Part shown: positions 46,806 to 56,486 of the stretch, in pieces | How the letters are laid out: every line of letters starts with the position of its first letter | Position numbering within the stretch: position 1 is the stretch's first letter | DNA from: Myxococcota bacterium | GTDB lineage: Bacteria; Myxococcota_A; Polyangia; Nannocystales; Nannocystaceae | Reading direction: 5' to 3' | Length of the DNA: 64,000 nucleotides | Assembly: GCA_039028615.1 (NCBI GenBank) | Contig: JBCCHT010000049.1 | Span: forward strand, 1 to 64,000 | Notes under the pieces: generated by a model | Database searches by the model: none | What the model was told of the DNA's origin: nothing | What the model saw: the letters and a program-made list of their open reading frames with translations, nothing else | Position numbers and translations under genes: made by a program

Positions 46806-47447
46806 CTAGAAGGTCGAGTCGATCAGCTGCTGGATGTACTCACGGTAGGCAGCCGGAGTTGCCGCGGTCGGCTCGTCGGGGGCGCTGGCCAAGCCGGCGG
46901 GTGCATCGCTGCCGCCATCGTCGGTACGTGCTCCGGCCCATTCCAATAGATAGATCCGGCCGTGTTCGTCGCGGACGCGCTTGTCCCGCAAATCCAGCTC
47001 GGACAGCTCCTTGGTCCAGCGCAGCACGTCGCGCACGAACGACCGTGACCACGTTCGATGGCGGGCGGTGAAGGCCTCCGCCTCCTCCGGCCAGGCGTTG
47101 CGGAGATGATCCCGCACCGCGGCGCCCAGCTTGGGGGCATTGCGGGCATCGTCGAGGTACCGCCGCCGGTCGTGCCCCTGGCTCTTGAGCAGCAGGCGTT
47201 CGGCCACCGACAGCTGGGTCCCGCCGAGCTTGAAGGTGGCCACGGGAAGACTCGGATCCACCTGGAGCCGAAGCTCCGGCCCGACGATCGCCGAGACGAT
47301 GGAGCCGAACGCGAGGTGAGGCACCACCACCTCGCGGGGCTCGGCCGCCGCACTTCGCCGGGACCATCCCGTGATCGCGACGCCGGTCGACGCCGCTAGG
47401 AAGTGACGTCGAGACCAGGAGCGAGAGGCGGTGGCTTCGTCGGTCAT
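46806..47447 (-). CDS. Tat-signal exported protein, distantly ZnuA/TroA-like and shortened
   Basis: SWSRRHFLAA twin-arginine signal; FGSIVSAIVG and YLDDARNAPKLGAAVRDHLRNAWPEEAEAF resemble cluster A-I solute-binding protein segments. Confidence 0.6.
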   Translation of the reverse strand: MTDEATASRSWSRRHFLAASTGVAITGWSRRSAAAEPREVVVPHLAFGSIVSAIVGPELRLQVDPSLPVATFKLGGTQLSVAERLLLKSQGHDRRRYLDDARNAPKLGAAVRDHLRNAWPEEAEAFTARHRTWSRSFVRDVLRWTKELSELDLRDKRVRDEHGRIYLLEWAGARTDDGGSDAPAGLASAPDEPTAATPAAYREYIQQLIDSTF

Positions 47448-47642
47448 GCGCGTTTCACCCGTTGCGAAGGGAGTCTTCTGGCACCCCAAACGATCATCGG
47501 GCGTTCGTGCGTTTATGTCCATGTTTTTCGTGTGTCGGGATGACCATTGAGGACGCTCACGGGTCCGAACGGGCCCTTTGGGCCGCTCGCGATCTGCGTG
47601 AAGTCTCGCGCGAGGTCTGCGGCGAACTGCTAGCGTCGCGCC

Positions 47643-48680
47643 ATGGCAAAGGGCAACGACGTCCTCGAGGTCGCGGACGTAGACGAGCTGATCGATCGAG
47701 GGCTCCTGGCCGACGAGGAGCAGGACGCCGATCTCGCCGAGCGCATCCTCGATGAGGCGGGCGATCGACTGGGCGAAAACCACCCTCGGGTCCTCCATCT
47801 CGCCGGTCGTTTGGCGTGGGCCAGCGGCGACATCGAGCGCGCCACCGGGTTCTTCCAGCAGGCGGCCGACCAGACCCCGACCCGCGCCGACATCTACATC
47901 GATTGCGCGCGGTGCCTGCACCTGCTGGGCGAGGACGACAGCGCGGCCGAGGCCCAGCTGCGCGCGGCGCTCGAGCTGCCCAACATCGACGCGCTGCACA
48001 AGGGTGACGCCCTAGTGCTGCTGTCGCAGATCCGCCTCGAGGACGACGACGCCGAGGAAGCGCTGGAGCTGCTCGAGCAGATCCCCGCGAGTCTCAAGAC
48101 GCAGGCGCTGTACTTCAGCGCGAAGGCGGACGTGCTGGTCGACCTCGAGCGCATCAAAGAAGCCCTCGAGTGCCTCGACGCGGCCGTCACCGCCGAGCCC
48201 AAGGACCCCGACTATCACTACCAGCAAGGGCTTGCCCGACAGAGCATCGGCGACATCGAGGGCGGCATCGCGTCCATGCTGAAGGTGCTCGAAATCGAGA
48301 CCGAGCTGCGTGGGCCGAGCGAGGCGCCCTCGGCGAAGGAGGTCCAGACCCTTCGCAGCGTGCTCGAAGAGGTCATGGAGGAGCTGCCCAGTCCGCTGCT
48401 CGAGCTGGTGGCCAATGCCCCCGTTCGGGTGCAGGCGGGGGCTAGCCCAGAGCAGGTCCGCGAAGGCGCCGACCCGCGCACGGCGGTGTTCTTCGAGGGC
48501 ACGCCCAAGCTCGAGGAGGGCGAGGCCGAGCTCACCGGGATCGTGGTGGCGCGCGACGTGCTGCTCGACGAGATCGAAGACGACGAGGAAATCGGCGAGG
48601 CGCTGCTGTTGGCCATGGCCAGCGAGATCGCCGACTTCTTTGCGAAGGAGGACCTCATCTACGCGGAGGCGAGCTCGTGA
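47643..48680 (+). CDS. TPR protein with C-terminal degenerate zincin-like domain
   Basis: TPR-like helices (ALECLDAAVTAEPKDPDYHYQQGL); C-terminal EELPSPLLELVANAPV...DPRTAVFFEGTP...SEIADFF. Confidence 0.75.
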   Translation: MAKGNDVLEVADVDELIDRGLLADEEQDADLAERILDEAGDRLGENHPRVLHLAGRLAWASGDIERATGFFQQAADQTPTRADIYIDCARCLHLLGEDDSAAEAQLRAALELPNIDALHKGDALVLLSQIRLEDDDAEEALELLEQIPASLKTQALYFSAKADVLVDLERIKEALECLDAAVTAEPKDPDYHYQQGLARQSIGDIEGGIASMLKVLEIETELRGPSEAPSAKEVQTLRSVLEEVMEELPSPLLELVANAPVRVQAGASPEQVREGADPRTAVFFEGTPKLEEGEAELTGIVVARDVLLDEIEDDEEIGEALLLAMASEIADFFAKEDLIYAEASS

Positions 48681-49945
48681 CCGACGGCCGACATGTGCCC
48701 AACGACGACAGCGCGGCGCTGATCTACGACTGGAACGACAAAGACCGCCGGGGCCCGGTGCTGCGCAAGCAGCCGCGCTTCGTCGACGAGACCATCCGCG
48801 ATGGGCTGCAGTCGCCGTCGGTGACCGATCCGACCATCGAGCAGAAGATGGAGCTCGTTCGCCTGATGGATCGGCTGGGCATCGACGTCGTCGACCTCGG
48901 CCTGCCCGGGGCAGGACGTCGCGCCGTCGAGGACGTCGAGCGCCTGTGCCGGATGATCGTCGAAGAGAAGCTCGCGATCCGGCCCAACTGCGCCGCGCGG
49001 ACGGTGGCCGCCGACATTCGGCCGATCATCGAGATCTCCGAGCGGGTGGGGATACCCATCGAGGTGACCGCGTTCATCGGCTCGAGCCCGATCCGCGCCT
49101 ACGCCGAGGACTGGGACGTGGGGCGCCTGGAGCGGCTGACCCGCGACGCCATGAAGATGGTGGTGCAGGCCGGCCTGCCCGCGTCGTTCGTCACCGAGGA
49201 CACCACCCGCAGCCACCCGCGAACCCTCGACCGGCTGTTCCGCGCCGCGATCGAAGAGGGCGCCACCCGGCTCGTGCTCTGCGATACCTGCGGGCACGCC
49301 TCGCCCGATGGGGTTCGCAACCTGCTGCACTTCACCCGGGCCCTGCTGCGAGCGATGGGCATGGAAGATCAGGTCGCGCTCGACTGGCACGGGCACAACG
49401 ACCGCGGCCACGCGCTGACCCTGGCCCTGTTCGCCCTCGAGTGGGGGGTCGACCGCGCGCATGGCTGTGCGCTCGGCATCGGCGAGCGGGTCGGCAACAC
49501 CTCCATGGATCTGATGCTGCTCAACCTGTACCTCATGGGTGAGCTGGACTCGGACAAGCACGACCTGTCGTGCCTGGTGGAGTACGTGCACAAGACCAGC
49601 GAGTTCACCGGTGTGCCCATTCATCCCAGCTACCCGCTGGCGGGGCGCGATGCCTTCCGCACCGCGACCGGCGTGCATGCGGCCGCCGTGATCAAGGCCG
49701 AGGGCAAGGGCGACATGGAGCTGGCCGACCGGGTCTACTCCTCGGTGCCCGCGCGGCACTTCGGTCGGCAGCAGGAGATCGAGATCGGTCACTACAGCGG
49801 GCGCTCGAACGTCGAGCACTGGCTGCGCTCGCACGGCTACCAGGCCGAGGACGCGCTGGTCGATCGCATCTTCTCCCGGGCCAAGCAGGGCAACCGGACG
49901 CTCGAAGAAGAAGAGATCCGGGCGATCATCGAGCAGGCTTCGTAG
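48677..49945 (+). CDS. LeuA-family (2-isopropylmalate/homocitrate/citramalate synthase-like) DRE-TIM enzyme without C-terminal regulatory domain
   Basis: DETIRDGLQ, EDTTR, LCDTCG, HGHNDRG, GIGERVGN, GVHAAAVIK, IGHYSGRSNV. Confidence 0.88.
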   Translation: MTDGRHVPNDDSAALIYDWNDKDRRGPVLRKQPRFVDETIRDGLQSPSVTDPTIEQKMELVRLMDRLGIDVVDLGLPGAGRRAVEDVERLCRMIVEEKLAIRPNCAARTVAADIRPIIEISERVGIPIEVTAFIGSSPIRAYAEDWDVGRLERLTRDAMKMVVQAGLPASFVTEDTTRSHPRTLDRLFRAAIEEGATRLVLCDTCGHASPDGVRNLLHFTRALLRAMGMEDQVALDWHGHNDRGHALTLALFALEWGVDRAHGCALGIGERVGNTSMDLMLLNLYLMGELDSDKHDLSCLVEYVHKTSEFTGVPIHPSYPLAGRDAFRTATGVHAAAVIKAEGKGDMELADRVYSSVPARHFGRQQEIEIGHYSGRSNVEHWLRSHGYQAEDALVDRIFSRAKQGNRTLEEEEIRAIIEQAS

Positions 49946-49957
49946 CTCGCCTTCACC

Positions 49958-52138
49958 TCAGATCAGGTCGTCGACGGCGCCGACGCTCGACAGCGGCCCG
50001 TTGTAGCGCTGGCCGTGCGGGAGCTGCGATGCGCTCATCTGCATCGCGTGGGTCGTGGCCAGCTCGCCGCAGCTCGCGTCCGAGGGGCTCGCCCGGTTCT
50101 GCACCGAGTTTTGGTGCCACAGGTCGTAGAACTCGCGAATGTCTCGGGTGTCGCCCGGCACGCCGAGGTGCTCTTGCCACAAAGAGCGACGGTACTCGGT
50201 GACCTTGCCGCGGTGGTGGAGCGAGACGCCGATCTCGGCGTCGGTGGTCGACAGGCTGCGGCCGTTGAAGTTGGCCGAGCCGATATAGGCCCAGGTGTCG
50301 TCGACGATCATCGTCTTCGAGTGCGGGTAGATCATCTCGGCGTAGGCGTTGGGCGGCATGCAGCGGGCGAGCCCGAAGACCCCCACTCGATCCGCGGCAT
50401 TGGGGACGCCGAGCCAGCGCCGGAGGATGGACGCTTGGAGCCAGGTGGCGTGGGAGACCGCTCGGTTCTGCAGCTCTTCGGGGACCGGGAGCCACTCGTA
50501 GTGATCCCGTCGGTTCAAGGGGACCCCGAAGTAGCGCTCGCCGAAGCGGGGGGCGTTTTGCAGGCGCTCCATCTCCTCGGTCACGAAGGGGATGACCGCG
50601 ATGACCTGGAGCGCCGCATTGGCCCGCAGCGCGGCCTCGATGGCGTCGCCGAAGCCCTCGTGGTTGATGTACTGGTTTTCGATGTAGATGTAGTGGCGCG
50701 CGGTCTCGATGGCGCGCTCGAGCGCCTTCATGGTGCCCGTGTAGCGCATGCGTCGATAGCCATGGGGGACGAGATGAGCCTGGTGAAGGTCGTCCGTCTT
50801 GATCACCTGCACGTTGTGCCCGGTGGTCGGCCCTCGTCCCAGGCGGTGAGGGACTTCGAGGTCGTCCCAGAGCGCCGCCGCGTCGTGATACGTGATTTCG
50901 CCCGCGGGATCGGTGGTCTGATTGATTCCGATGCCCGCGTTCCAGCGGTAGGCGAAGTTGCGCTCGACCTGGCGGGCCCCGTGTCCGTCGATCTCGACGC
51001 CGCAGTCGTGCCACGGCCAGTGATCGGGGTGCAGGCGCGTGGCGTGGCCCGGAGCCGACTGGCGGTCGGGCATGAAGTCGATGCCGCCGAGCAGAGCGTA
51101 ACGACCGTCCACCGTGACGTACTTCTCGTGGTACGCGCCCATCTGCTGGAGGGCGAAGGTGTACGGGTGCTTCGATACCCGGCACGAGACATTGGCATGC
51201 GCGAGAAAGCGGAGGACCTCGGGATAGGCCCACGTGCCGTTGTGATAGTCGAGCAGGACGTGGACCTTCACGCCGCGCTGGGCCGCAGCGAGCAGGGCCT
51301 GCCGGATGCTGAGGCCGCCCCCGACAGGCGTGCGGTGGTCGAAGCTCCAGCTCGCCACGTACACGTGTTGCCGCGCCGTCTGGATGCGGCCCAGCACCGC
51401 GGCGAAGTAGTTCGAGCCGTCGATGAGCGGGCGCGGCCGAGCCGAGCGCGTGGGTCCGTGGCCCAGGTTGTGCACCGCGCGGATCCACCAGGGGCGCACG
51501 TCGAGGCGAGGGGAGCGGCCGCGGATGAGCTGTCCTCCGTCGCGGATGGTCACGTTGAACTGGAGCTCGAGATCATCGTGCTCGGTGCGACTGGGATCAC
51601 CGGGCAGGTTGATGGTGGTGAGGACGTAGCTGCAGTTGTGGGTCGCGTCCGCCTCGACCACGATGTGCTCGGAGGTCACGTCCCAGCCTTCGGCCTGGGC
51701 ATCCGACGAAGACTGGAGGCTGCGCTCGGAGACCCCGAGCTCGTAGTCGTCCGCGTCGAAATCCGAGGCCTGGGTGGTGACCGCGAGCATCGGGTCGTTC
51801 GGGTTGACGCCGACGTCGAGCTCGATCACCTCGAAGCTCACTTGCGCCGAGCTCGACAGCTGCACGCCGTTGACCTGCACGCGGAGCTGGATGTTGTCGT
51901 GGGCGAAGGCGCGGCGCGTGGGCCATTGCAGGAAGGTGCCTGGTGTCGATGGCACCTCGGCCTCCATGACCCAGTCCGGCCAGGCCGAGGCGCCGTCGAC
52001 CAGCGTGCTGCGAGTCGGCCCCAGGCATACGTTGCGCTGGATCTGGGCCGAGCGAGCGGCGTGGCCCGAGCCTCGCGGCGGAGGAGGGCAGGGCGGTGCG
52101 GGGGAGACGTCCCCGTCGTGGGCGGTCGGCTCGCTCAT
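49958..52138 (-). CDS. Phospholipase D with two HKD motifs and an unknown N-terminal domain
   Basis: HEKYVTVD...GGID (51107-51130) and HSKTMIVD...IGSANFNGRS (50300-50323); LIDGSNYF, PWHD, YIYIENQY. Confidence 0.9.
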   Translation of the reverse strand: MSEPTAHDGDVSPAPPCPPPPRGSGHAARSAQIQRNVCLGPTRSTLVDGASAWPDWVMEAEVPSTPGTFLQWPTRRAFAHDNIQLRVQVNGVQLSSSAQVSFEVIELDVGVNPNDPMLAVTTQASDFDADDYELGVSERSLQSSSDAQAEGWDVTSEHIVVEADATHNCSYVLTTINLPGDPSRTEHDDLELQFNVTIRDGGQLIRGRSPRLDVRPWWIRAVHNLGHGPTRSARPRPLIDGSNYFAAVLGRIQTARQHVYVASWSFDHRTPVGGGLSIRQALLAAAQRGVKVHVLLDYHNGTWAYPEVLRFLAHANVSCRVSKHPYTFALQQMGAYHEKYVTVDGRYALLGGIDFMPDRQSAPGHATRLHPDHWPWHDCGVEIDGHGARQVERNFAYRWNAGIGINQTTDPAGEITYHDAAALWDDLEVPHRLGRGPTTGHNVQVIKTDDLHQAHLVPHGYRRMRYTGTMKALERAIETARHYIYIENQYINHEGFGDAIEAALRANAALQVIAVIPFVTEEMERLQNAPRFGERYFGVPLNRRDHYEWLPVPEELQNRAVSHATWLQASILRRWLGVPNAADRVGVFGLARCMPPNAYAEMIYPHSKTMIVDDTWAYIGSANFNGRSLSTTDAEIGVSLHHRGKVTEYRRSLWQEHLGVPGDTRDIREFYDLWHQNSVQNRASPSDASCGELATTHAMQMSASQLPHGQRYNGPLSSVGAVDDLI

Positions 52139-52782
52139 TCGTTGTCGTGAACCTCGGTGAGCTTCGCGGCGGTGGCGTCGTCGAGCTCACCGGTGGCGTC
52201 GAGTCCATGGAGCTGTTGGAAGTATCGGAGCGCTTCTCGGGTCCACGGTCCCAGCTCGCCGTCGATGGCTCCCGGATCGATCTGGAGGTTGCGCAAGCGG
52301 GCCTGAGCGCCCTGGATGGTCGACACCGGATCGAGAGCGCCGACTTCGAGCTCGTACGTTCGCTCGTGCTCGTCTTCACTCTGCGCCGGGACACGGAGCC
52401 GCGCCTCTCGGGTCCGGGCCGGGACCGCGGTGATGACCATGCCGTCGCCGTCGGTCGTACCCTCGATCGTCGCGCCCTCGCACTCGATCTCGTAGGCCCG
52501 GTCGGCGAGCGGCTCGCCCTTGGTGTCGAGCAACTGCACGTGGACCTCGACGGAACGACGCTGCACTCGAAATCGGTGCCGCTGGTCGACGGCCGCGTCG
52601 TGCCAGCGCAGCTCGATGTCGGGGACGGTGACGGTATCGCCATCCTCGAGGCACTCGGGGGTCCGCCCCTGCTCGCGGAGGTGCTTGTTGGCGGGGTCGT
52701 CCCAGATCTTCTCCCACGGGACCTTCGCCTGCGCGGCGATGCTGTGGATGCAGTCTCGGGCTCGTGCCGTGTACCGGGGCAT
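52135..52782 (-). CDS. LysM-like plus transthyretin/CP-regulatory-like plus peptidoglycan-binding (PG_binding_1) protein
   Basis: DCIHSIAAQ...WEKIWDDPAN...LEDGDTVTVP; LLDTKGEPLADRAY...GTTDGDG; GAQARLRNL...GAIDGELGPWTREALRYFQQLHGLDATGELD. Confidence 0.85.
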   Translation of the reverse strand: MPRYTARARDCIHSIAAQAKVPWEKIWDDPANKHLREQGRTPECLEDGDTVTVPDIELRWHDAAVDQRHRFRVQRRSVEVHVQLLDTKGEPLADRAYEIECEGATIEGTTDGDGMVITAVPARTREARLRVPAQSEDEHERTYELEVGALDPVSTIQGAQARLRNLQIDPGAIDGELGPWTREALRYFQQLHGLDATGELDDATAAKLTEVHDNE

Positions 52783-52873
52783 GACTGTTCTCAGCCACGG
52801 CGGCGCCACGCCGACGGGCGGTCGTGTCGCCCGATGGCCGCGCCACCGCTCGCCGTCGTGCGCGGCGGTCGGG

Positions 52874-53428
52874 TCAGGTCTCGCCGCCGGAGGGGGCGAG
52901 GTCTTTGACTTTTTCCTTCAGGATCAGCCCGCCACGCCGGATATAGGTGCGGACCGTGGTGGCTTCGACCCCCAGGATCGAGCCGATCTCGGGGCTCTTC
53001 ATGCCTTCCCAGAACTTGAGCTCCAGGGCGACCTGCATGTTCACGGGCAGCTCTCGTAGCGCCTCGAGCAGCCGTGTCTTGGCCTCGTCGTTGCGCATCA
53101 TCGTGCTCGGCCCGGGTGCCATGTTCCACATCGAGCGCGACTCGAGCTGGTCTTCTCGCGCGTCGTACTTGCGCTGCAAGAAGCGCTGGAACCGGTTGTA
53201 GGCCACGCGAAACAGGTAGGGGCGAAACTCGCGAATGCGGTCGCGCTGCTCCACGCAGATCGCAAAGGTGTCTTGGATCAGATCCTCGTGGCCTTCGGCG
53301 AGCTTGTTGGCGAAGAACCGATCCAGCGCGGCATAGTGGCGATCGAGCAGGGCCCGTCCGGCGTCGGCATCCCCCGAGCGCCATGCATCGAGGAGCTGTG
53401 CGTCGCTGCGGGCGCCCGGCTTCGCCAT
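52874..53428 (-). CDS. ECF-type sigma-70 factor
   Basis: SDAQLLDAWRSGDADAGRALLDRHY...EDLIQDTF...FRPYLFRVAYN (region 2); LLEALRELP...LKFWEGMKSPEIGSILGVEATTVR (region 4). Confidence 0.9.
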   Translation of the reverse strand: MAKPGARSDAQLLDAWRSGDADAGRALLDRHYAALDRFFANKLAEGHEDLIQDTFAICVEQRDRIREFRPYLFRVAYNRFQRFLQRKYDAREDQLESRSMWNMAPGPSTMMRNDEAKTRLLEALRELPVNMQVALELKFWEGMKSPEIGSILGVEATTVRTYIRRGGLILKEKVKDLAPSGGET

Positions 53429-53765
53429 CCGATGAGGATACAACCAAGCGCCGCGGCCCGGGTGGAGCGGGTACGAGGTCGCGCGCGGTGGCCCGGCGGC
53501 CATGACGAAGGGGTCGCACTTGAGAGCGGCTCGAACCCGAAGTGCCGACGAGGGGCCCGACCGTTGCACCTCGATCGAAAAAAAACGAAGAGGCTCGAAT
53601 TCGCGGCGCGAGGGCGCTTCAGCGATGGAAGCGCCGGATTCGGATCGGCGCGGCCGAAGCGGGGAGCGACGAGCGGGGCACATCGCCACGCTCGGCCGAG
53701 CCTCGCCCGACAACCGTGAGAACAACCACGATGGATCGACGTGCACTCATCCGCGGCGGGAGCAA

Positions 53766-55931
53766 ATGAGCTATGCACCAGTGATGGCTGCGCCCGAAGA
53801 CCTCGGCGACGAGACGCCCGCGCTGGACACCGCGGTCGTGCAGGCGCTGCAAGGGGTCGTGGGAACGCCGGCCTCGGACATCGCCCGCGAAGCCAAGCGC
53901 GATGCGGTGCTCGACGGACTGGGTCTGTCCGAGCCCGGGTCCGCGCGTCGCTTGGGTCGCTACGTGGTCGTGGGGGTCTTGGGGCGCGGAGGCATGGGGA
54001 CCGTGCTGGAGGCCCACGACGAGCAGGCGGATCGGCGCGTGGCGATCAAGCTGCTGCACTCGGGGAGCGCCGAGCACCACGTGCAGCGGCTCCGGGCCGA
54101 GGCGCAGGCGCTGGCCAGCTTCGATCACCCCAACGTCGTCGAGGTCTTCGAGGTCGGCGAGGCCGAGGGCCAAGCCTTCGTCGCGATGCAGCGGCTCGAC
54201 GGGGTGACCCTGGCGACGTGGCAGACCGAGGCGGCCCGGGGCTGGCGGGCGTGTGTCGAGGTCTATCTGCAAGCGGGTCGAGGCCTGTCCGCGGCGCACG
54301 AGGCCGGGCTGGTGCACCAGGACTTCAAGCCCGCCAACTGCATCATCGACGGTCGTCAGCGGGTGCGTGTGCTCGACTTCGGGCTCGCCCGTCGCATCGA
54401 AGGGGCCGCCGAGACCCATGCCTACGCGCTGGGGACCCCGGGCTATATGGCCCCTGAGCTGTTCGACGGCGCGGCGGCCGACGCTCGGAGCGACCAGTTC
54501 AGCTTCTGTGTCGCGCTCTACGAGGCGCTCTACGGTCGTCGACCCTTCACGGGAGGCTCGCTCGAGGCCGTGATCGCAGCGACGCGCAAGGGGGTGGTCG
54601 AGGCGGGGCGAGTGAGTGTGGAGGTGCCGGCGTCGTTGCGGGCGATCATCGTCCGGGGGCTCGAGGCCGACCCGCAGCGGCGTTGGCCGTCGATGTCGGT
54701 GCTGCTCGAGCAGCTCGAGCGCTGCCTGGCCCCGGGGGCGCGACGATGGTTGACGCCGGGGTTGGTCGCGGGCATGGCCGTGGTCGCGATCGGCCTCGGC
54801 TTGGCCGCGGGGGACGACGCGGAGCAACGGGCTCGCGCGGGCTGTGCCCGGGCGGCGGAGGAAGGCCTCGACGCGGTATGGAGCGAGCAGCGGGGGCGCA
54901 AGGTCGCGACCGCCCTGTCGGCCACGGGGTTGCCCTACGCCGAAGACACCGCGCAGCGGGTGGTGCCTCGGCTGGGTGCCTACGCCGAGCGATGGGCCGA
55001 GGCTCACCGCCAGGCCTGCGAGGCGACGCAGGTGCGACGGGAGCAGAGCGAGCGGACCCTGGAACTACGCCTACGCTGCCTCGGGGACCACGCCGTGGCG
55101 CTGGCGGCCACCGTCGAGACTCTGGCCGATGCGGATGAGCCTGTCGTTCGAGAGGCGATGGCGGTGGTGACGATGCTGCCTCCGATCGAAACCTGCGATG
55201 ATGCCACGCGACTGCAGCGGCTCGACGATGCGATGCCGCTGCCCAACGAAGAGGCGCGAGCGCAGCAGGTGGCGTCGCTGCGCGAGCGGCTGGTCCGGCT
55301 GAAGGTTCGCAGCGACGTCGGTCACCACGCTCACGTCGCGCAGCAGCTGCCGTCGTTGATGGACGACGCGTCTGCACTCGACCACCCGCCCTTGCTCGCC
55401 GAGGTGCAGTTGTGGCGCGGCGTATGCCTCGGCCGCTCGGGTGACCACGAGGAGGCGGAGCGGCAGCTGCGGCAGGCCTACGCCACCGCCCTGGAGCAGG
55501 GTCACGAGGACATCGTCTTGGGGGCCGCGGCTCGTTTGACGATGGTCGTCGGCGTGCACCTGCAGCGCCACGCGGAGGGCCTTCAGTGGGGACGGACGGC
55601 GCTCCCCCTCGCCACGCGCCGCGGTGATCCGGTCGCTCGCAGCGTCGTCGAGCGCGGGCTCGGCCGGGTTTTCGACCACCAGGGGCAGCACCCCAAAGCC
55701 GAAGAGCACTACCGACAGGCCCTGCGCTCCGTGCAGGAGGCGGGACCGGGTCACGACCTCGCGACAGCCACCGTCCTCGACGCGCTGGCGACCGTGCTCG
55801 AGCGCCGCGGCGAGCACGGCGAAGCCCTCGAGCGACGCCGCGAGGCGCTCGGGCTGCGTGAGCGCATCCTCGGACCCCGTCACCCCGAGGTACTGCAGGC
55901 CCGGCGGCAGTGGGAGCACACGGCGCGTTGA
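53766..55931 (+). CDS. Ser/Thr protein kinase with TM segment and short TPR region
   Basis: GRGGMGTV, VAIK, HQDFKPAN, DFG, GTPGYMAPE; ends in ERILGPRHPEV. Start 53766 or 53784. Confidence 0.92.
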   Translation: MSYAPVMAAPEDLGDETPALDTAVVQALQGVVGTPASDIAREAKRDAVLDGLGLSEPGSARRLGRYVVVGVLGRGGMGTVLEAHDEQADRRVAIKLLHSGSAEHHVQRLRAEAQALASFDHPNVVEVFEVGEAEGQAFVAMQRLDGVTLATWQTEAARGWRACVEVYLQAGRGLSAAHEAGLVHQDFKPANCIIDGRQRVRVLDFGLARRIEGAAETHAYALGTPGYMAPELFDGAAADARSDQFSFCVALYEALYGRRPFTGGSLEAVIAATRKGVVEAGRVSVEVPASLRAIIVRGLEADPQRRWPSMSVLLEQLERCLAPGARRWLTPGLVAGMAVVAIGLGLAAGDDAEQRARAGCARAAEEGLDAVWSEQRGRKVATALSATGLPYAEDTAQRVVPRLGAYAERWAEAHRQACEATQVRREQSERTLELRLRCLGDHAVALAATVETLADADEPVVREAMAVVTMLPPIETCDDATRLQRLDDAMPLPNEEARAQQVASLRERLVRLKVRSDVGHHAHVAQQLPSLMDDASALDHPPLLAEVQLWRGVCLGRSGDHEEAERQLRQAYATALEQGHEDIVLGAAARLTMVVGVHLQRHAEGLQWGRTALPLATRRGDPVARSVVERGLGRVFDHQGQHPKAEEHYRQALRSVQEAGPGHDLATATVLDALATVLERRGEHGEALERRREALGLRERILGPRHPEVLQARRQWEHTAR

Positions 55932-55934
55932 CCC

Positions 55935-56468
55935 TCAGTCCTGGGCGTCGCGCGGCACGACCTCGACGTCGAGGTGCTTGCCGAGATCGGTGAGGTAGAG
56001 GTCGGCCATCTCGTTCGGCTCGTGGAAGGTGCGCGCCACGAGTCGGTACAGCGGGTTGCTGATCGTGCCGTTATCGGTGATCCGCAGCCGGGTGCCCTCT
56101 TCGACGGGCGTGAGCTCGAAGGTCCACTTCCCGCTGAAGGGCATGTCGGGGTCGGCGGTGGCCAGCACCATGCGCTTGCCGATCTCCTGCTCCTCCACCT
56201 GCAGCGAGGTCAGGCCATCGGCGTTCATCTCGATGAAGCGGATCGGGTCACCCGACTGGATCTCGATGTCGTCGACCTCGCTGCGCCACTCGGGAGTGAG
56301 GTCGAAGCGCGAGATGACCTGCCACAGCTCTTCGGGAGAGTGGGGGTAGACGGCCTCGCGCATGGCCAGGTGGTTGGCCTCCATGGTGGCGCCGACGCCC
56401 GCTGCGATCGCGGTGAGCACCGCGAGGCCGATGAGGACCCAGATGAGCGAGCGACGAATGAAATCCAT
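55935..56468 (-). CDS. SRPBCC (START/polyketide cyclase-like) protein with N-terminal membrane anchor
   Basis: SPEELWQVISRF...PEWR...FSGKWTFELTPVEEGTRLRIT. Confidence 0.8.
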   Translation of the reverse strand: MDFIRRSLIWVLIGLAVLTAIAAGVGATMEANHLAMREAVYPHSPEELWQVISRFDLTPEWRSEVDDIEIQSGDPIRFIEMNADGLTSLQVEEQEIGKRMVLATADPDMPFSGKWTFELTPVEEGTRLRITDNGTISNPLYRLVARTFHEPNEMADLYLTDLGKHLDVEVVPRDAQD

Positions 56469-56486
56469 GGTCCCGGCCTCCCGTGG

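Noticed and set aside
53560..53600. A8 tract between the ECF sigma and kinase genes as a defined ECF promoter or terminator
   Set aside because: I could not find -35/-10 elements at a convincing spacing or a clean stem, so it is left uncalled.
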